A DNA stretch of 47,160 bases from assembly GCA_035500015.1 (NCBI GenBank), contig DATJXQ010000080.1, positions 1 to 47,160 on the forward strand, read 5' to 3'. How positions within the stretch are numbered: position 1 is the first letter of the stretch; each line of letters starts with the position of its first letter. This DNA comes from Steroidobacteraceae bacterium. Lineage in GTDB: Bacteria > Pseudomonadota > Gammaproteobacteria > Steroidobacterales > Steroidobacteraceae. Made by a program: the position numbers and the translations under genes. Positions 9,681-18,790 of the stretch are shown here, one piece after another. The notes beneath the pieces were generated by a model. It was not told where the DNA came from, did no database searches, and saw nothing but the letters and a program-made list of their open reading frames with translations.

Positions 9681-10778
9681 GTGCTCGAAGTCGATGTGCA
9701 ACTGGCGCGCGGGAATTTCACGCTGGCGGCGAAGTTCGCGGCGGGTACTCCCGGCGTCATCGCGCTGTTCGGCCGCTCGGGCTGTGGCAAGACCACGCTG
9801 GTGAACCTGATCGCCGGACTGCTGCGCGCGGATCACGGCCGCATGGCGCTCGACGGCGAGGTGTGGTTCGAGGCCGCACGCGCCATCGACCTGCCAGCCG
9901 AACGGCGCCGCATCGGCTATGTGTTCCAGGATGCGCGGCTGTTCCCGCACTACTCGGTGCGCGGCAACCTGCTGTACGGCGCGCCGCGCGGCGGCGCGCG
10001 CGGCTTCGACGACGTGGTGCAGCTGCTGGGTCTGGCGCCGCTGCTCACCCGCCGGCCGGCCGGCCTGTCCGGCGGCGAGAAGCAGCGCGTGGCGCTGGGC
10101 CGCGCGCTGCTCGCCAGTCCGCGGCTGCTGCTGCTGGATGAGCCGCTGGCCGCGCTGGATGCCTCGCGCCGCGACGAGGTGCTGCCGTACCTGGAGCGGC
10201 TGCGCGACCACTACTCGATTCCCATGGTGTACGTGAGCCACCAGCTGGATGAGGTGCTGCGCCTGGCCACGCAGGTGGTGGTACTGGATGGCGGCAGGGT
10301 CGTGGCAGCCGGCGACCTGGCGGCAGTGAGCCTGCATCCGGCACTGCGCGCCATCGTCGGCAGCGATGCGGTCGGCGCCATCCTCGACGGCACCATTGCT
10401 GCCATCGACGACGGCGCGAACCTGGCCAGCGTCACCTTCGGCACGGGCGGCATCCTGAAAGTCGGAGCGGGCGGACTGGCGAGCGGCCAGCGCGTCCGCC
10501 TGCAGCTGCTGGCGCGCGACCTGATCCTTGCGCTCGAGGAGCCGCACGGCATCTCGGTGCGCAATCACCTGCGCGGCAGCGTGCGCGCCATCGCCGCGGA
10601 CGGTGGCGGCGCCGACCTCATCGAGGTCGACGTCGCCGGCGCCACGCTGCTCGCGCGTGTCACCGCCGCCGCCACGCGCGAGTTGCAACTCGCGCCCGGT
10701 CTGCCGCTGTGGGTGCTGGTGAAGGCCGTCTCAGTGAGTCCCCACGCCATGGGGACCGTGGAGCCCCGGGAACGGTGA
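9681..10778 (+). CDS. modC: molybdate ABC transporter ATP-binding protein ModC
   Basis: GTG at 9681, 3 nt after the modB stop. Walker A GRSGCGKTT, signature LSGGEKQRV, Walker B LLLLDEP. C-terminal Mop/TOBE-like domain (ISVRNHLRGSVRAI...LWVLVKAVSV). Confidence 0.9.
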   Translation: MLEVDVQLARGNFTLAAKFAAGTPGVIALFGRSGCGKTTLVNLIAGLLRADHGRMALDGEVWFEAARAIDLPAERRRIGYVFQDARLFPHYSVRGNLLYGAPRGGARGFDDVVQLLGLAPLLTRRPAGLSGGEKQRVALGRALLASPRLLLLDEPLAALDASRRDEVLPYLERLRDHYSIPMVYVSHQLDEVLRLATQVVVLDGGRVVAAGDLAAVSLHPALRAIVGSDAVGAILDGTIAAIDDGANLASVTFGTGGILKVGAGGLASGQRVRLQLLARDLILALEEPHGISVRNHLRGSVRAIAADGGGADLIEVDVAGATLLARVTAAATRELQLAPGLPLWVLVKAVSVSPHAMGTVEPRER

Positions 10779-11813
10779 AGGTCCGCAGTCATCGTGGCCA
10801 TGACCAAAGCCGTCATGGTCGCGTTCACGCCCATACACCTTGTCCAGCACGTCGTCCCAGGCGTCCAGCACCGTCTCCGCCACGATCCTGTGACCGGCCG
10901 TGGTGGGATGGATGCCGTCCCAGAACAGCGACTTGTCCGGATCCAGATGCATGGCCGGATTGCCGCTGGCGTGCTCGACATTGGTGAGCCGGTAATCATC
11001 CGGGTCGGCGACGATGCCATCGATCAAGCCGTAAACGTCGAACACCGTGACTCCCGGAATCGGCGCCACGTATCCAGCCACTGCCTGATTGAAGGCGAGG
11101 GAGACCTGTGTGGCGAGGTCGGAACTTCCCGTGGCGCGCGCATACGGAGTCAGGCCCACATCCGGCAGGTCCCAGACCAGTATCTGCCGGGCGCCGGCCC
11201 CGCGCAGCATCGCGACCACCCCGCTCAGGGACGCGCCAAAGGCATAGGCCCGCTGCTGGATGAGCTGCCCGGCCCTGGCATAGCGCACATCCAGCGGGTC
11301 GGTGGAGTGTGGATCGAGGAGGATGGCGGCTGCATCGAGCACGGTATCCCGCACGTCGTTGCCGCCGCCCGCAACGATGAACAGATCGTCCGGCCGGATG
11401 CGGACGTGCTGATCCAGCAGCGTCTGCACCTGGGTCCTGATGCTGGGCCGGTAGTCGTTTCCCGACAGTTCCTTTTCCAGCCGGGCGCCACCATAGGCGA
11501 AATCATGGCCGCCCCACAGCCGGGACGGCATCGCCGCCTCGTAATCCTGCAGCCGCTCGGCCATGTAGTTGATCCACACCGGGCCATTGCTGTACACGCC
11601 GGTCTTGTAAGGCCCGTCGGGAACATAAGTATCCCCATCGACCACGCTCGGCGACAGATGCTGCGGCCGGAGAAAGATGGCGTTGTTGCCGGCGTCCGAC
11701 AGGCTGTCGCCGAAGACATAGAGCGAGCCGGCCTGGGCCGCGGTGCAACCCAGCGCGGAAACCGCCAGCAACACAGCGGAAAGCCGGCGGACGGAACCGA
11801 AGGAACGTTTCAT
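10731..11813 (-). CDS. secreted SGNH/GDSL-family lipase/esterase
   Basis: ATG (complement of 11811-11813) after GGGAGG. Signal peptide, block I YVFGDSLSDAGNN, block V WDGIHPTTAGH. His/Gly/Asp-rich C-terminal tail. The 3' end overlaps the modC 3' end by 48 nt. Confidence 0.85.
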   Translation of the reverse strand: MKRSFGSVRRLSAVLLAVSALGCTAAQAGSLYVFGDSLSDAGNNAIFLRPQHLSPSVVDGDTYVPDGPYKTGVYSNGPVWINYMAERLQDYEAAMPSRLWGGHDFAYGGARLEKELSGNDYRPSIRTQVQTLLDQHVRIRPDDLFIVAGGGNDVRDTVLDAAAILLDPHSTDPLDVRYARAGQLIQQRAYAFGASLSGVVAMLRGAGARQILVWDLPDVGLTPYARATGSSDLATQVSLAFNQAVAGYVAPIPGVTVFDVYGLIDGIVADPDDYRLTNVEHASGNPAMHLDPDKSLFWDGIHPTTAGHRIVAETVLDAWDDVLDKVYGRERDHDGFGHGHDDCGPSPFPGLHGPHGVGTH

Positions 11814-11909
11814 GGAAGCCTCCCGGTGAGATTGTCGAGTGACAACCACCAAAGAGGCCGCGTCATGCGGATTCGGGTACCCCGACTTTCCCGACAACGC
11901 AGGCGCGGA

Positions 11910-13217
11910 TCAAACCTCCCCCGCCCGAAGTCCCTGCGCGCTGCGCGGCTGCACCAGCAGCTTGTCGATCACCAGGCCATCCATGTCGATGACCTCGATC
12001 GAGAGGTCGCGGAACGCCAGCTTCTCTCCGGGCACGGGCATCCGTCCCAGGTGCCAGAGCACGAATCCGGCCATGGTGTTGTAGTTGTCGCCGCGCGAGA
12101 GATCCTTGCGGCCCAGCACCCGTTCGGCTTCATGGATCGGCAGGTGCCCATCGATCAGCCAGCTGCCATCGGCGCGCTGCACGGCGCCGGCGGCGTCGCG
12201 GCTGCCCATCTGCGGCCACTCGCCGGCAATGGCCTTCAGGATGTCCGCCGGCGTGACCACGCCCTCGATGCCGCCGTATTCATTGGTAACCACGCCCAGA
12301 TGCACGCTGGCGCGGCGGAAGGTCTCCAGCAGCTTGAGGATGGAGATGTTTTCCGGCACGTGCAGCGGCGGCTGCACGTCCACTTCCTGGTCGATGGCGC
12401 CGCGCCGCAGCGCCTCGCCGAGATTGGCGAGCGAGATCACGCCGATCAGCTGTTCCAGCTCGCCCCGGCACAGCAGGAAACGCGCGTGGCCGCTGCGGCG
12501 CGCCTCGTCCCACAATGTCGCCACCGGTTCGTTGATGTCCAGCCACAGGATGTCGCCGCGCGGCACCATGATGGCGCTGATGCTGCGGTCGGCCAGCCGC
12601 AGCACCGAATCGATCATCTCGGCCTCGTGCCTGTGCAGGGCGCCGGTCTGCATGCCCTCGGTGGCCAGCGCGCGCACGTCGTCGTCGGTCACCTCGGCCT
12701 GCTTGCTGCGGCTGGAAGGCACCAGCTTCAGCAGCGCGTCGGTCGAACGCTGCAGCAGCCACACGATGGGACCGCCGACCTTGGCGAACCCCTGCATCGG
12801 TATCGCCACCAGCGTGGCCCAGCGGTCGGCATGGGCGAACGCCAGGCGCTTGGGCACCAGCTCGCCGAGCACCAGCGAGACATAAGTCATCGCCACCACG
12901 ATGGCGGCGTAGGCGATCTCCTGCGCGTAGGTTTCGATAGGCGGATAGACGCCGGCCACCCAGGCCGCCAGTTGCTTCGAATAGGCCGCGCCGCTGTACA
13001 CGCCGGTCAGGATGCTGACCGTGGTGATGCCGATCTGCATGGCCGACAGCAGCCGCGTGGGGTCATCCAGCAGGGCCAGCGCGGCGCGGGCACCGCCGTG
13101 CCCGCCTTCAGCCAGCGCCTTCAGCCGCGCACGGCGCGCCGAGACCAGCGCCAGCTCGGCCGAGGCGAACAACCCGTTCAGGATAATCAGGCCGAGGATG
13201 ACCGCGGCTTGGTGCAT
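11910..13217 (-). CDS. hemolysin-family protein (CNNM/DUF21 + CBS pair + CorC_HlyC domain)
   Basis: 435 aa. N-terminal DUF21 membrane domain (LNGLFASAELALVS), a CBS pair and a C-terminal transporter-associated domain (DGSWLIDGHLPIHEAERVLG...NTMAGFVLWHLGRMP). Confidence 0.9.
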   Translation of the reverse strand: MHQAAVILGLIILNGLFASAELALVSARRARLKALAEGGHGGARAALALLDDPTRLLSAMQIGITTVSILTGVYSGAAYSKQLAAWVAGVYPPIETYAQEIAYAAIVVAMTYVSLVLGELVPKRLAFAHADRWATLVAIPMQGFAKVGGPIVWLLQRSTDALLKLVPSSRSKQAEVTDDDVRALATEGMQTGALHRHEAEMIDSVLRLADRSISAIMVPRGDILWLDINEPVATLWDEARRSGHARFLLCRGELEQLIGVISLANLGEALRRGAIDQEVDVQPPLHVPENISILKLLETFRRASVHLGVVTNEYGGIEGVVTPADILKAIAGEWPQMGSRDAAGAVQRADGSWLIDGHLPIHEAERVLGRKDLSRGDNYNTMAGFVLWHLGRMPVPGEKLAFRDLSIEVIDMDGLVIDKLLVQPRSAQGLRAGEV

Positions 13218-13300
13218 CAGTTGGACTTGGGCCCTGGTTGAAAGGGCCTACCAATAAAGGAGCGAGCTGGCATCATACCGCGCCTGCCAACGGGATAGTC

Positions 13301-14674
13301 ATGCCATCAGCCACGCACCACGCCGGCCACGCACCGCAGTCCATCGGGAAGGTCTTCCTGGCCTTCCTGCTGCCCATGATGCTGGCCAATGTGCTGCAAT
13401 CGCTGTCGGGCACGCTGAACAACATCTTCCTGGGGCACATGATCGGCGTGAAGGCCCTGGCCGCGGCCTCGGCCTTCTTCCCGGTGTTCCTGTTCCTGAT
13501 CTCCTTCGTGATGGGCCTGGGCTCGGGCGCCTCGGTGCTGATCGGCCAGGCCTGGGGCGCGAAGCAGCCGGAGCGGGTGCGCGCGGTGGCCGGCACCACG
13601 CTGAGCGTGGGCCTGCTGGGCGGGCTCGTCGTGGCGCTGTTCGGCGGCAGCTTTGCGCACCTGCTGCTGCGACAGCTGGCCACGCCGGCCGACATCATGG
13701 GCGACGCCACGCAGTATGCGCGGGTATGCCTGTACGCCATGCCCGGCTTCTTCTCCTTCCTGCTGATGACCACCATCCTGCGCGGCGTCGGCGACACGGT
13801 GACACCGCTGCGCGCGCTGATCGTCTCCACCGCCGTCGGCCTCATCGTCACGCCGGCGCTGATCGCCGGCTGGTTCGGCCTGCCGCGGCTGGGTGTGACC
13901 AGCGCCGCGGTGGGCTTCGTGACCGCCTTCCTGGTCACGCTCGGGTGGCTGGTGTTCTACCTGCGCCACAAGGGACATGCGCTGGCGCCCAATGCCGAAC
14001 TGTTCCGCCACATGCGCATCGACGGCGCCATCCTCGCCAATGTGCTGCGCATCGGCCTGCCCACCGCGCTGCAGATGGTGATCATGTCGCTGGCGGAGGT
14101 GGCGCTGCTGTCGATGGTCAATCACTTCGGCTCGGATGCCACCGCGGCCTATGGCGTGGGCAACCAGGTGCTGGGCTACGTGCAGTTCCCGGCGATGTCC
14201 ATCTCCATCGCGGCTTCCATCCTCGGCGCGCAGGCCATCGGCGCCGGTCATCCGGAACGGCTGGGCTCCATCACGCGCGCCGGCATCCTGATCAACTGCG
14301 CCATCACCGGCACGCTGCTGCTGCTGGGCTATCTGTTCGCGCAGCACGTGGTCGCGCTGTTCACGCACAGCCCCGATGCCACGGCCATCGCGCTGCGCAT
14401 GCTGCACATCGTGCTGTGGAGCACGCTGCTGTTCGGCTGCGCCTCGGTGGTGTCGGGCGTGATGCGCTCCAGCGGCACGGTGATGGTGCCGGTGCTGCTG
14501 TCCATCGGCGCCATCCTGCTGGTGGAAGTGCCGGTGGCGTGGATCATGAGCCGGCGCATCGGCATCGACGGGGTATGGATGGCATACCCTTCCGCGTTCC
14601 TCGCCATGCTGCTGCTGCAGAGCAGTTACTACCGGCTGGCGTGGCGCCGGCAGCGCATCAAGAGGCTGGTGTGA
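13301..14674 (+). CDS. MATE family efflux transporter
   Basis: ATG at 13301. 12-TM pattern with typical MATE N-terminus (KVFLAFLLPMMLANVLQSLSGTLNNIFLGH). Confidence 0.88.
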   Translation: MPSATHHAGHAPQSIGKVFLAFLLPMMLANVLQSLSGTLNNIFLGHMIGVKALAAASAFFPVFLFLISFVMGLGSGASVLIGQAWGAKQPERVRAVAGTTLSVGLLGGLVVALFGGSFAHLLLRQLATPADIMGDATQYARVCLYAMPGFFSFLLMTTILRGVGDTVTPLRALIVSTAVGLIVTPALIAGWFGLPRLGVTSAAVGFVTAFLVTLGWLVFYLRHKGHALAPNAELFRHMRIDGAILANVLRIGLPTALQMVIMSLAEVALLSMVNHFGSDATAAYGVGNQVLGYVQFPAMSISIAASILGAQAIGAGHPERLGSITRAGILINCAITGTLLLLGYLFAQHVVALFTHSPDATAIALRMLHIVLWSTLLFGCASVVSGVMRSSGTVMVPVLLSIGAILLVEVPVAWIMSRRIGIDGVWMAYPSAFLAMLLLQSSYYRLAWRRQRIKRLV

Positions 14675-14706
14675 CCAAGCCGCCGCATACCTGGCGCGGC
14701 GTGGTC

Positions 14707-14994
14707 ATGAGCAAACCCGTGCGGCAGCCGGCGGCGAAGCCCCTGGCTGCCGGGCCGCCGAAGATCCGCGTGGCGCGCGAGGTGGCCGGACGCGGCGGCA
14801 AGGGCGTGACGGTGATCAGCGGACTGCCGCTGAGCGGCCCGGAGCTGGAGGAGCTGGCCGGCAAACTCAAGCGCAGCTGCGGCGCCGGCGGCGCGGTGCA
14901 CGACGCACGCATCGAGATACAGGGCGAGCATCGCGACCGGCTGGTCGCGGAACTGGCGAAGCTGGGCTACGACGCGAAACGCGCCGGCGGCTGA
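14707..14994 (+). CDS. yciH: translation initiation factor SUI1-family protein (YciH-like)
   Basis: 95 aa from ATG 14707: ...IRVAREVAGRGGKGVTVISGL...LKRSCGAGGAV...IEIQGEHRDRLVAELAKLGY. This is the SUI1 fold signature. The longer ORF from 13726 is antisense-frame artefact inside the MATE gene. Confidence 0.85.
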   Translation: MSKPVRQPAAKPLAAGPPKIRVAREVAGRGGKGVTVISGLPLSGPELEELAGKLKRSCGAGGAVHDARIEIQGEHRDRLVAELAKLGYDAKRAGG

Positions 14995-15003
14995 AGTACC
15001 GGG

Positions 15004-15495
15004 CTACGTACCGCGGCGCTTCCTGCCGGCGGCCGGCGCGGGCGCCTTCACTTCCAGCAGCACGGTGATCTCGGGCTGGCCCTCGAAGGTCAGCTGCAGC
15101 GGGATTTTTTCCCCCACGGCGAAGCGGGTTTTCAGGTCCATGAATGTCACCTGCAGGCCATCGGGCTCGAAGCGCACGCTTTCGCCCGCGGGAATTTCCA
15201 GGAAACCGACCGGCCACAGGTGCGGTGCACCCGATGGATCGACACTGCTGCGGTGGATCATCACCTTGTCGCACAGTGGCGAGACGATGCGCAGCAGCTT
15301 CGCCTCGTCATCGCCCTGGTTGGTGAGCACCAGGAAGCCCTCCACCGCCGACGCATCCGACACGGCGGTGCGGGCCCAGCCCTCGCTGGCCACCACCTGC
15401 GCCAGCGAGGTCGTGCCGTGCAGCAGCCCGGCCATGCCCAGCAGCACGATGGCCGCGCGGCGCGCCGCATTTCGAAATGCAATGATGCTGTCCAT
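15004..15495 (-). CDS. PCu(A)C/DUF461-family periplasmic protein with divergent metal-ligand positions
   Basis: 163 aa with a signal peptide. Collinear with PCuAC copper chaperones (GFLVLTNQGDDEAKLLRIVSP...IPAGESVRFEPDG...FMDLK). The canonical H(M)..M..HxM ligands appear partly substituted (see finding). Confidence 0.65.
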   Translation of the reverse strand: MDSIIAFRNAARRAAIVLLGMAGLLHGTTSLAQVVASEGWARTAVSDASAVEGFLVLTNQGDDEAKLLRIVSPLCDKVMIHRSSVDPSGAPHLWPVGFLEIPAGESVRFEPDGLQVTFMDLKTRFAVGEKIPLQLTFEGQPEITVLLEVKAPAPAAGRKRRGT

Positions 15496-15525
15496 GAAGA
15501 AATTCTAGGGCAAACTGCGCGCCCG

Positions 15526-17481
15526 ATGCTGAAATTCGACGATGTAACACTGCGCCGCGGACCGCGCATCCTTTTCTCCAACGCCAGCTTCAGCCTGTTC
15601 CGCGGCGAGAAGGTCGGCATCACCGGCGAGAACGGCAGCGGCAAATCCAGCCTGCTGGCGCTGGTGCGCGGCGAGCTGCAGCCCGATGCCGGTCATTTCA
15701 CCATGCCCGGCAACCTCGCCATGGCGCACGTGGCGCAGGAACTGGACGCCATCGAGCGGCCGGCGATCGAGTTCGTGCTCGACGGCGATACGGAACTGCG
15801 CGGCCTGGAAGCGCAGATCGCGCGCGCCGAGGCCGAGGACCACGGCACGAAGCTCGCCGAGCTGTACACGCACTACGCCGCCATCGGCGGCTACGATGCC
15901 CGCGCGCGCGCCGCGCAGCTGCTGCACGGCCTGGGTTTCGCGCCCGGCGACGAGGAGCGGCGCGTGGCGGAATTCTCCGGCGGCTGGCGCGTGCGCCTGA
16001 ACGTGGCGCGCGCACTGATGTGCCGCTCGGACCTGCTGCTGCTGGATGAGCCCACCAACCACCTGGACCTGGACGCCATCGTGTGGCTGGAAGGCTGGCT
16101 GCAGTCCTACCAGGGCACGCTGCTCTTGATCGCGCACGACCGCGAGTTCCTCGACCGCGTGGTCAACCGCATCGTGAACCTCGAGCATCAGCAGGCCGCG
16201 CTGTACACCGGTAACTACTCGGCCTTCGAGAGCGCGCGCGCCGCGCAGCTCGCGCAGCAGGGCGCGCTGTACGCCCGGCAGCAGCGCGAGATCGCGCACA
16301 TGGAGGATTTCGTGCGCCGCTTCCGCGCCAAGGCCAGCAAGGCGCGCCAGGCGCAGAGCCGCATCAAGGCGCTGGAGCGCATGCAGCGCATCGCGCCGGC
16401 GCACGTGGATTCGCCGTTCGAGTTCAGCTTCGCCGAGCCGCCGCGGCTGCCGCGGCCGCTGCTGGCCATCGAGCAGCAGTCCGCCGGCTACGGCGGGCGC
16501 GTGCTGCTGGAAAAGGTGAACCTCACCGTGTATCCGGGCGACCGCATCTCGCTGCTGGGCCGCAATGGCGCGGGTAAATCCACGCTGGTGAAGCTGCTGG
16601 CCAACGAGCTGCCGGCGCGCGGCGGCGCGCGTGACGATGCGCGCGACCTCAGCATCGGCTACTTCGCGCAGCACCAGCTCGAGCAGCTGGATCCGCAGGC
16701 CTCGCCGCTGCTGCATCTGCAGCGCCTGGCGCAGAAGCTCGGGCAGCGCCCGGCCGAGCAGGAGCAACGCAACTATCTGGCGGGCTATGGTTTCACCGGC
16801 GATCGCGTGTTCGCGCCCGTCGGCCCGTTTTCCGGCGGTGAGAAGGCGCGGCTGGCGCTGGCGCTGGTGGCCTATGGCAAGCCCAACCTGCTGCTGCTGG
16901 ACGAGCCCACCAACCATCTGGATCTGGAGATGCGCCAGGCACTGGCCATGGCGCTGCAGGAATACGCCGGCGCGGTGGTGATGGTCTCGCACGACCGCCA
17001 CCTGCTCAACACGGTGAGCGACCGCTTCCTGCTGGTGGACGGCGGCCGCGTGCGCGACTTCGACGGCGACCTGGATGATTACGCGCGCTGGCTGGCGCGC
17101 AGCGATGCGGCGCGGCGGAACGGCCCGGAGCAGAGCGCGGTTGCATCAGTGGCGACATCCACCCCGCCGCAGGACAAGGCCGCGCGCGGCACGAGCCGCG
17201 CGAACGCGCAGCAGCGCCGCCAGGAGGAGGCCGCGGCGCGCAAGGAACTGGCGCCGCTGCGCGCGCGCCTGGCGCGCTGCGAGCAGCGCCTGCAGGAACT
17301 GGCCGCGCAGGCGCGCGAGCTGGACGTACAGCTGGCCGATCCGGCGCTGTATGCCGCCGGCGGGCATGAGCGCCAGCTGGACCTCAACGCCGCGCGCGCG
17401 CGCATCGCGCTGGAGATCGAACAGGTCGAAGCCGAGTGGCTGGAAGTCACCGAGCAGCTGGAGCGCGCGGCGGATGCATAG
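15526..17481 (+). CDS. ABC-F family ATPase (YheS-like), two NBDs plus C-terminal coiled coil
   Basis: ATG at 15526. Two Walker A sites (GENGSGKSS, GRNGAGKST), two signatures (FSGGWRVR, FSGGEKAR) and two Walker B sites (LLLLDEPTNHLD twice). No membrane domain. Confidence 0.92.
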   Translation: MLKFDDVTLRRGPRILFSNASFSLFRGEKVGITGENGSGKSSLLALVRGELQPDAGHFTMPGNLAMAHVAQELDAIERPAIEFVLDGDTELRGLEAQIARAEAEDHGTKLAELYTHYAAIGGYDARARAAQLLHGLGFAPGDEERRVAEFSGGWRVRLNVARALMCRSDLLLLDEPTNHLDLDAIVWLEGWLQSYQGTLLLIAHDREFLDRVVNRIVNLEHQQAALYTGNYSAFESARAAQLAQQGALYARQQREIAHMEDFVRRFRAKASKARQAQSRIKALERMQRIAPAHVDSPFEFSFAEPPRLPRPLLAIEQQSAGYGGRVLLEKVNLTVYPGDRISLLGRNGAGKSTLVKLLANELPARGGARDDARDLSIGYFAQHQLEQLDPQASPLLHLQRLAQKLGQRPAEQEQRNYLAGYGFTGDRVFAPVGPFSGGEKARLALALVAYGKPNLLLLDEPTNHLDLEMRQALAMALQEYAGAVVMVSHDRHLLNTVSDRFLLVDGGRVRDFDGDLDDYARWLARSDAARRNGPEQSAVASVATSTPPQDKAARGTSRANAQQRRQEEAAARKELAPLRARLARCEQRLQELAAQARELDVQLADPALYAAGGHERQLDLNAARARIALEIEQVEAEWLEVTEQLERAADA

Positions 17482-17513
17482 CCAGCCGCGCCGCAATCCA
17501 CCAGAATCAGGCC

Positions 17514-18272
17514 ATGGACCAACAGCAGCTCACCGCCCGCCAGTTCGGCGACAGCGCCGCCAGCTATCTCGGCAGCGCCGTGCACGCGCACGGGCAGGAT
17601 CTGGATCGACTGCGCGCCCTCGCCAGTGAGCTGCAACCCGCGCGTGCGCTGGATCTGGGCTGCGGCGCCGGCCACGTGAGCTATGCGCTTGCGGAAAGCG
17701 GCGCGGGCCGCGTGACGGCCTATGATCCCGCCGCCGGCATGCTCGTCGTGGTGGCTGCGGAAGCCGCGCGCCGCGGCCTGGCCGGCATCGCCACCTGCGC
17801 CGGCGCGGCCGAGGAACTGCCCTTCGCGGATGCTTCCTTAGAACTCGTCGTCACGCGCTACTCCGCGCACCATTGGCGCAGCGTGCCGCGCGCGCTGGCC
17901 GAGTGCGCGCGCGTGCTCACTGCCGGCGGGCGCTGCATCGTCATCGACATGGTGGCGCCCGAGCCCGCGCTGCTCGACACCTCGCTGCAGGCGCTGGAGC
18001 TGCTGCGCGATGCCTCGCACGTGCGCGACTACCGCGTGTCGGAGTGGCGCGCGATGCTGCAGGCGGCAGGCCTGCACGAACAATCCTTCCACGGCTGGAA
18101 ACTGCCGCTGGAGTTCGGCAGCTGGATCGCGCGCATCAAGACCCCGCCGGCGCGGGTGGCCGCTCTGCAGGCGCTATTCGCCGGGCTGCCAGCCGAAGTG
18201 CGCGACTACTTCCGCGTAACGCCGGGCAATGACTTCGAGGCCGACTGCGCCTGGTTCGAAACCGTCGCCTGA
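17514..18272 (+). CDS. class I SAM-dependent methyltransferase (type 11)
   Basis: ATG at 17514. Motif I ALDLGCGAGH; post-I/II pattern ELVVTRYSAHHW...LTAGGRCIVID. Confidence 0.85.
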   Translation: MDQQQLTARQFGDSAASYLGSAVHAHGQDLDRLRALASELQPARALDLGCGAGHVSYALAESGAGRVTAYDPAAGMLVVVAAEAARRGLAGIATCAGAAEELPFADASLELVVTRYSAHHWRSVPRALAECARVLTAGGRCIVIDMVAPEPALLDTSLQALELLRDASHVRDYRVSEWRAMLQAAGLHEQSFHGWKLPLEFGSWIARIKTPPARVAALQALFAGLPAEVRDYFRVTPGNDFEADCAWFETVA

Positions 18273-18460
18273 CTGCTCCGGATTGAACGCGGCGCCCTGG
18301 GAAACCTGGCGGCAAACTCGGCCATGTCCTGCAGATCCTGGATGACCTGCTGAAAATGCTTCGGCTCGCGGCGTGCCAGCACCCGGCGGCGCGCGCCTTC
18401 GAAGGTCGTCAGCGACCAGTCGATCGACTGGCCCTGATCATCATTCTTCGGATCGGTCAT
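18206..18460 (-). CDS. small hypothetical protein, partner ORF of the decayed nucleotidyltransferase
   Basis: 84 aa from ATG (complement of 18458-18460): MTDPKNDDQGQSIDWSLTTFEGARRRVLARREPKHFQQVIQDLQDMAEFAARF.... Overlaps the upstream ORF end by 20 nt and the convergent methyltransferase 3' end by 67 nt. Coding status uncertain. Confidence 0.4.
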   Translation of the reverse strand: MTDPKNDDQGQSIDWSLTTFEGARRRVLARREPKHFQQVIQDLQDMAEFAARFPRAPRSIRSSQATVSNQAQSASKSLPGVTRK

Positions 18461-18790
18461 GGATCCTGCGCAGCTCCTCGATGTCGGCATTGTCCTGCGC
18501 ACGGTTCGCCTGCTGTTTCATCGCCAGCAGTGCAGGAAGACTCACCACGCGCACCTCCGCTCCACCCGGAAGTTCGGACGCAAACGCCCTTTCATATTCC
18601 GTTTCGAAGTCGAAGGGATGATAAACGAAGACATCCACCGGCGTATCCGGGTGCGCATCGCTCCAGAACTGCAGCACCTGCATGCCCGCTCATATCCCCA
18701 GGCGTGGACAGCAACACCGCCGACCACAACGTACCGGACCCGGGCGCCATCCAGCGCCTGAGCGAGCTGGTAAACGCTGGCCCATTTCAT
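18441..18790 (-). pseudogene. nucleotidyltransferase-fold gene disrupted by internal deletion/frameshift
   Basis: The N-terminal piece MKWASVYQLAQALDGARVRYVVVGGVAVHAWGYER is in one frame (ORF 18542..18790). The C-terminal piece MQVLQFWSDAHPDTPVDVFVYHPFDFETEYERAF...VVSLPALLAMKQQANRAQDNADIEELRRI is in another (ORF 18441..18683). The frames switch at about 18683-18690. The segment that should carry the catalytic G(S/D)xDxD motif is absent. Confidence 0.6.

Noticed and set aside
10794-13241. 815-aa plus-strand ORF spanning the lipase and CNNM genes
   Set aside because: It runs antisense through two well-supported genes and the intergenic gap between them, and shows no domain signatures. This is a GC-driven open frame.
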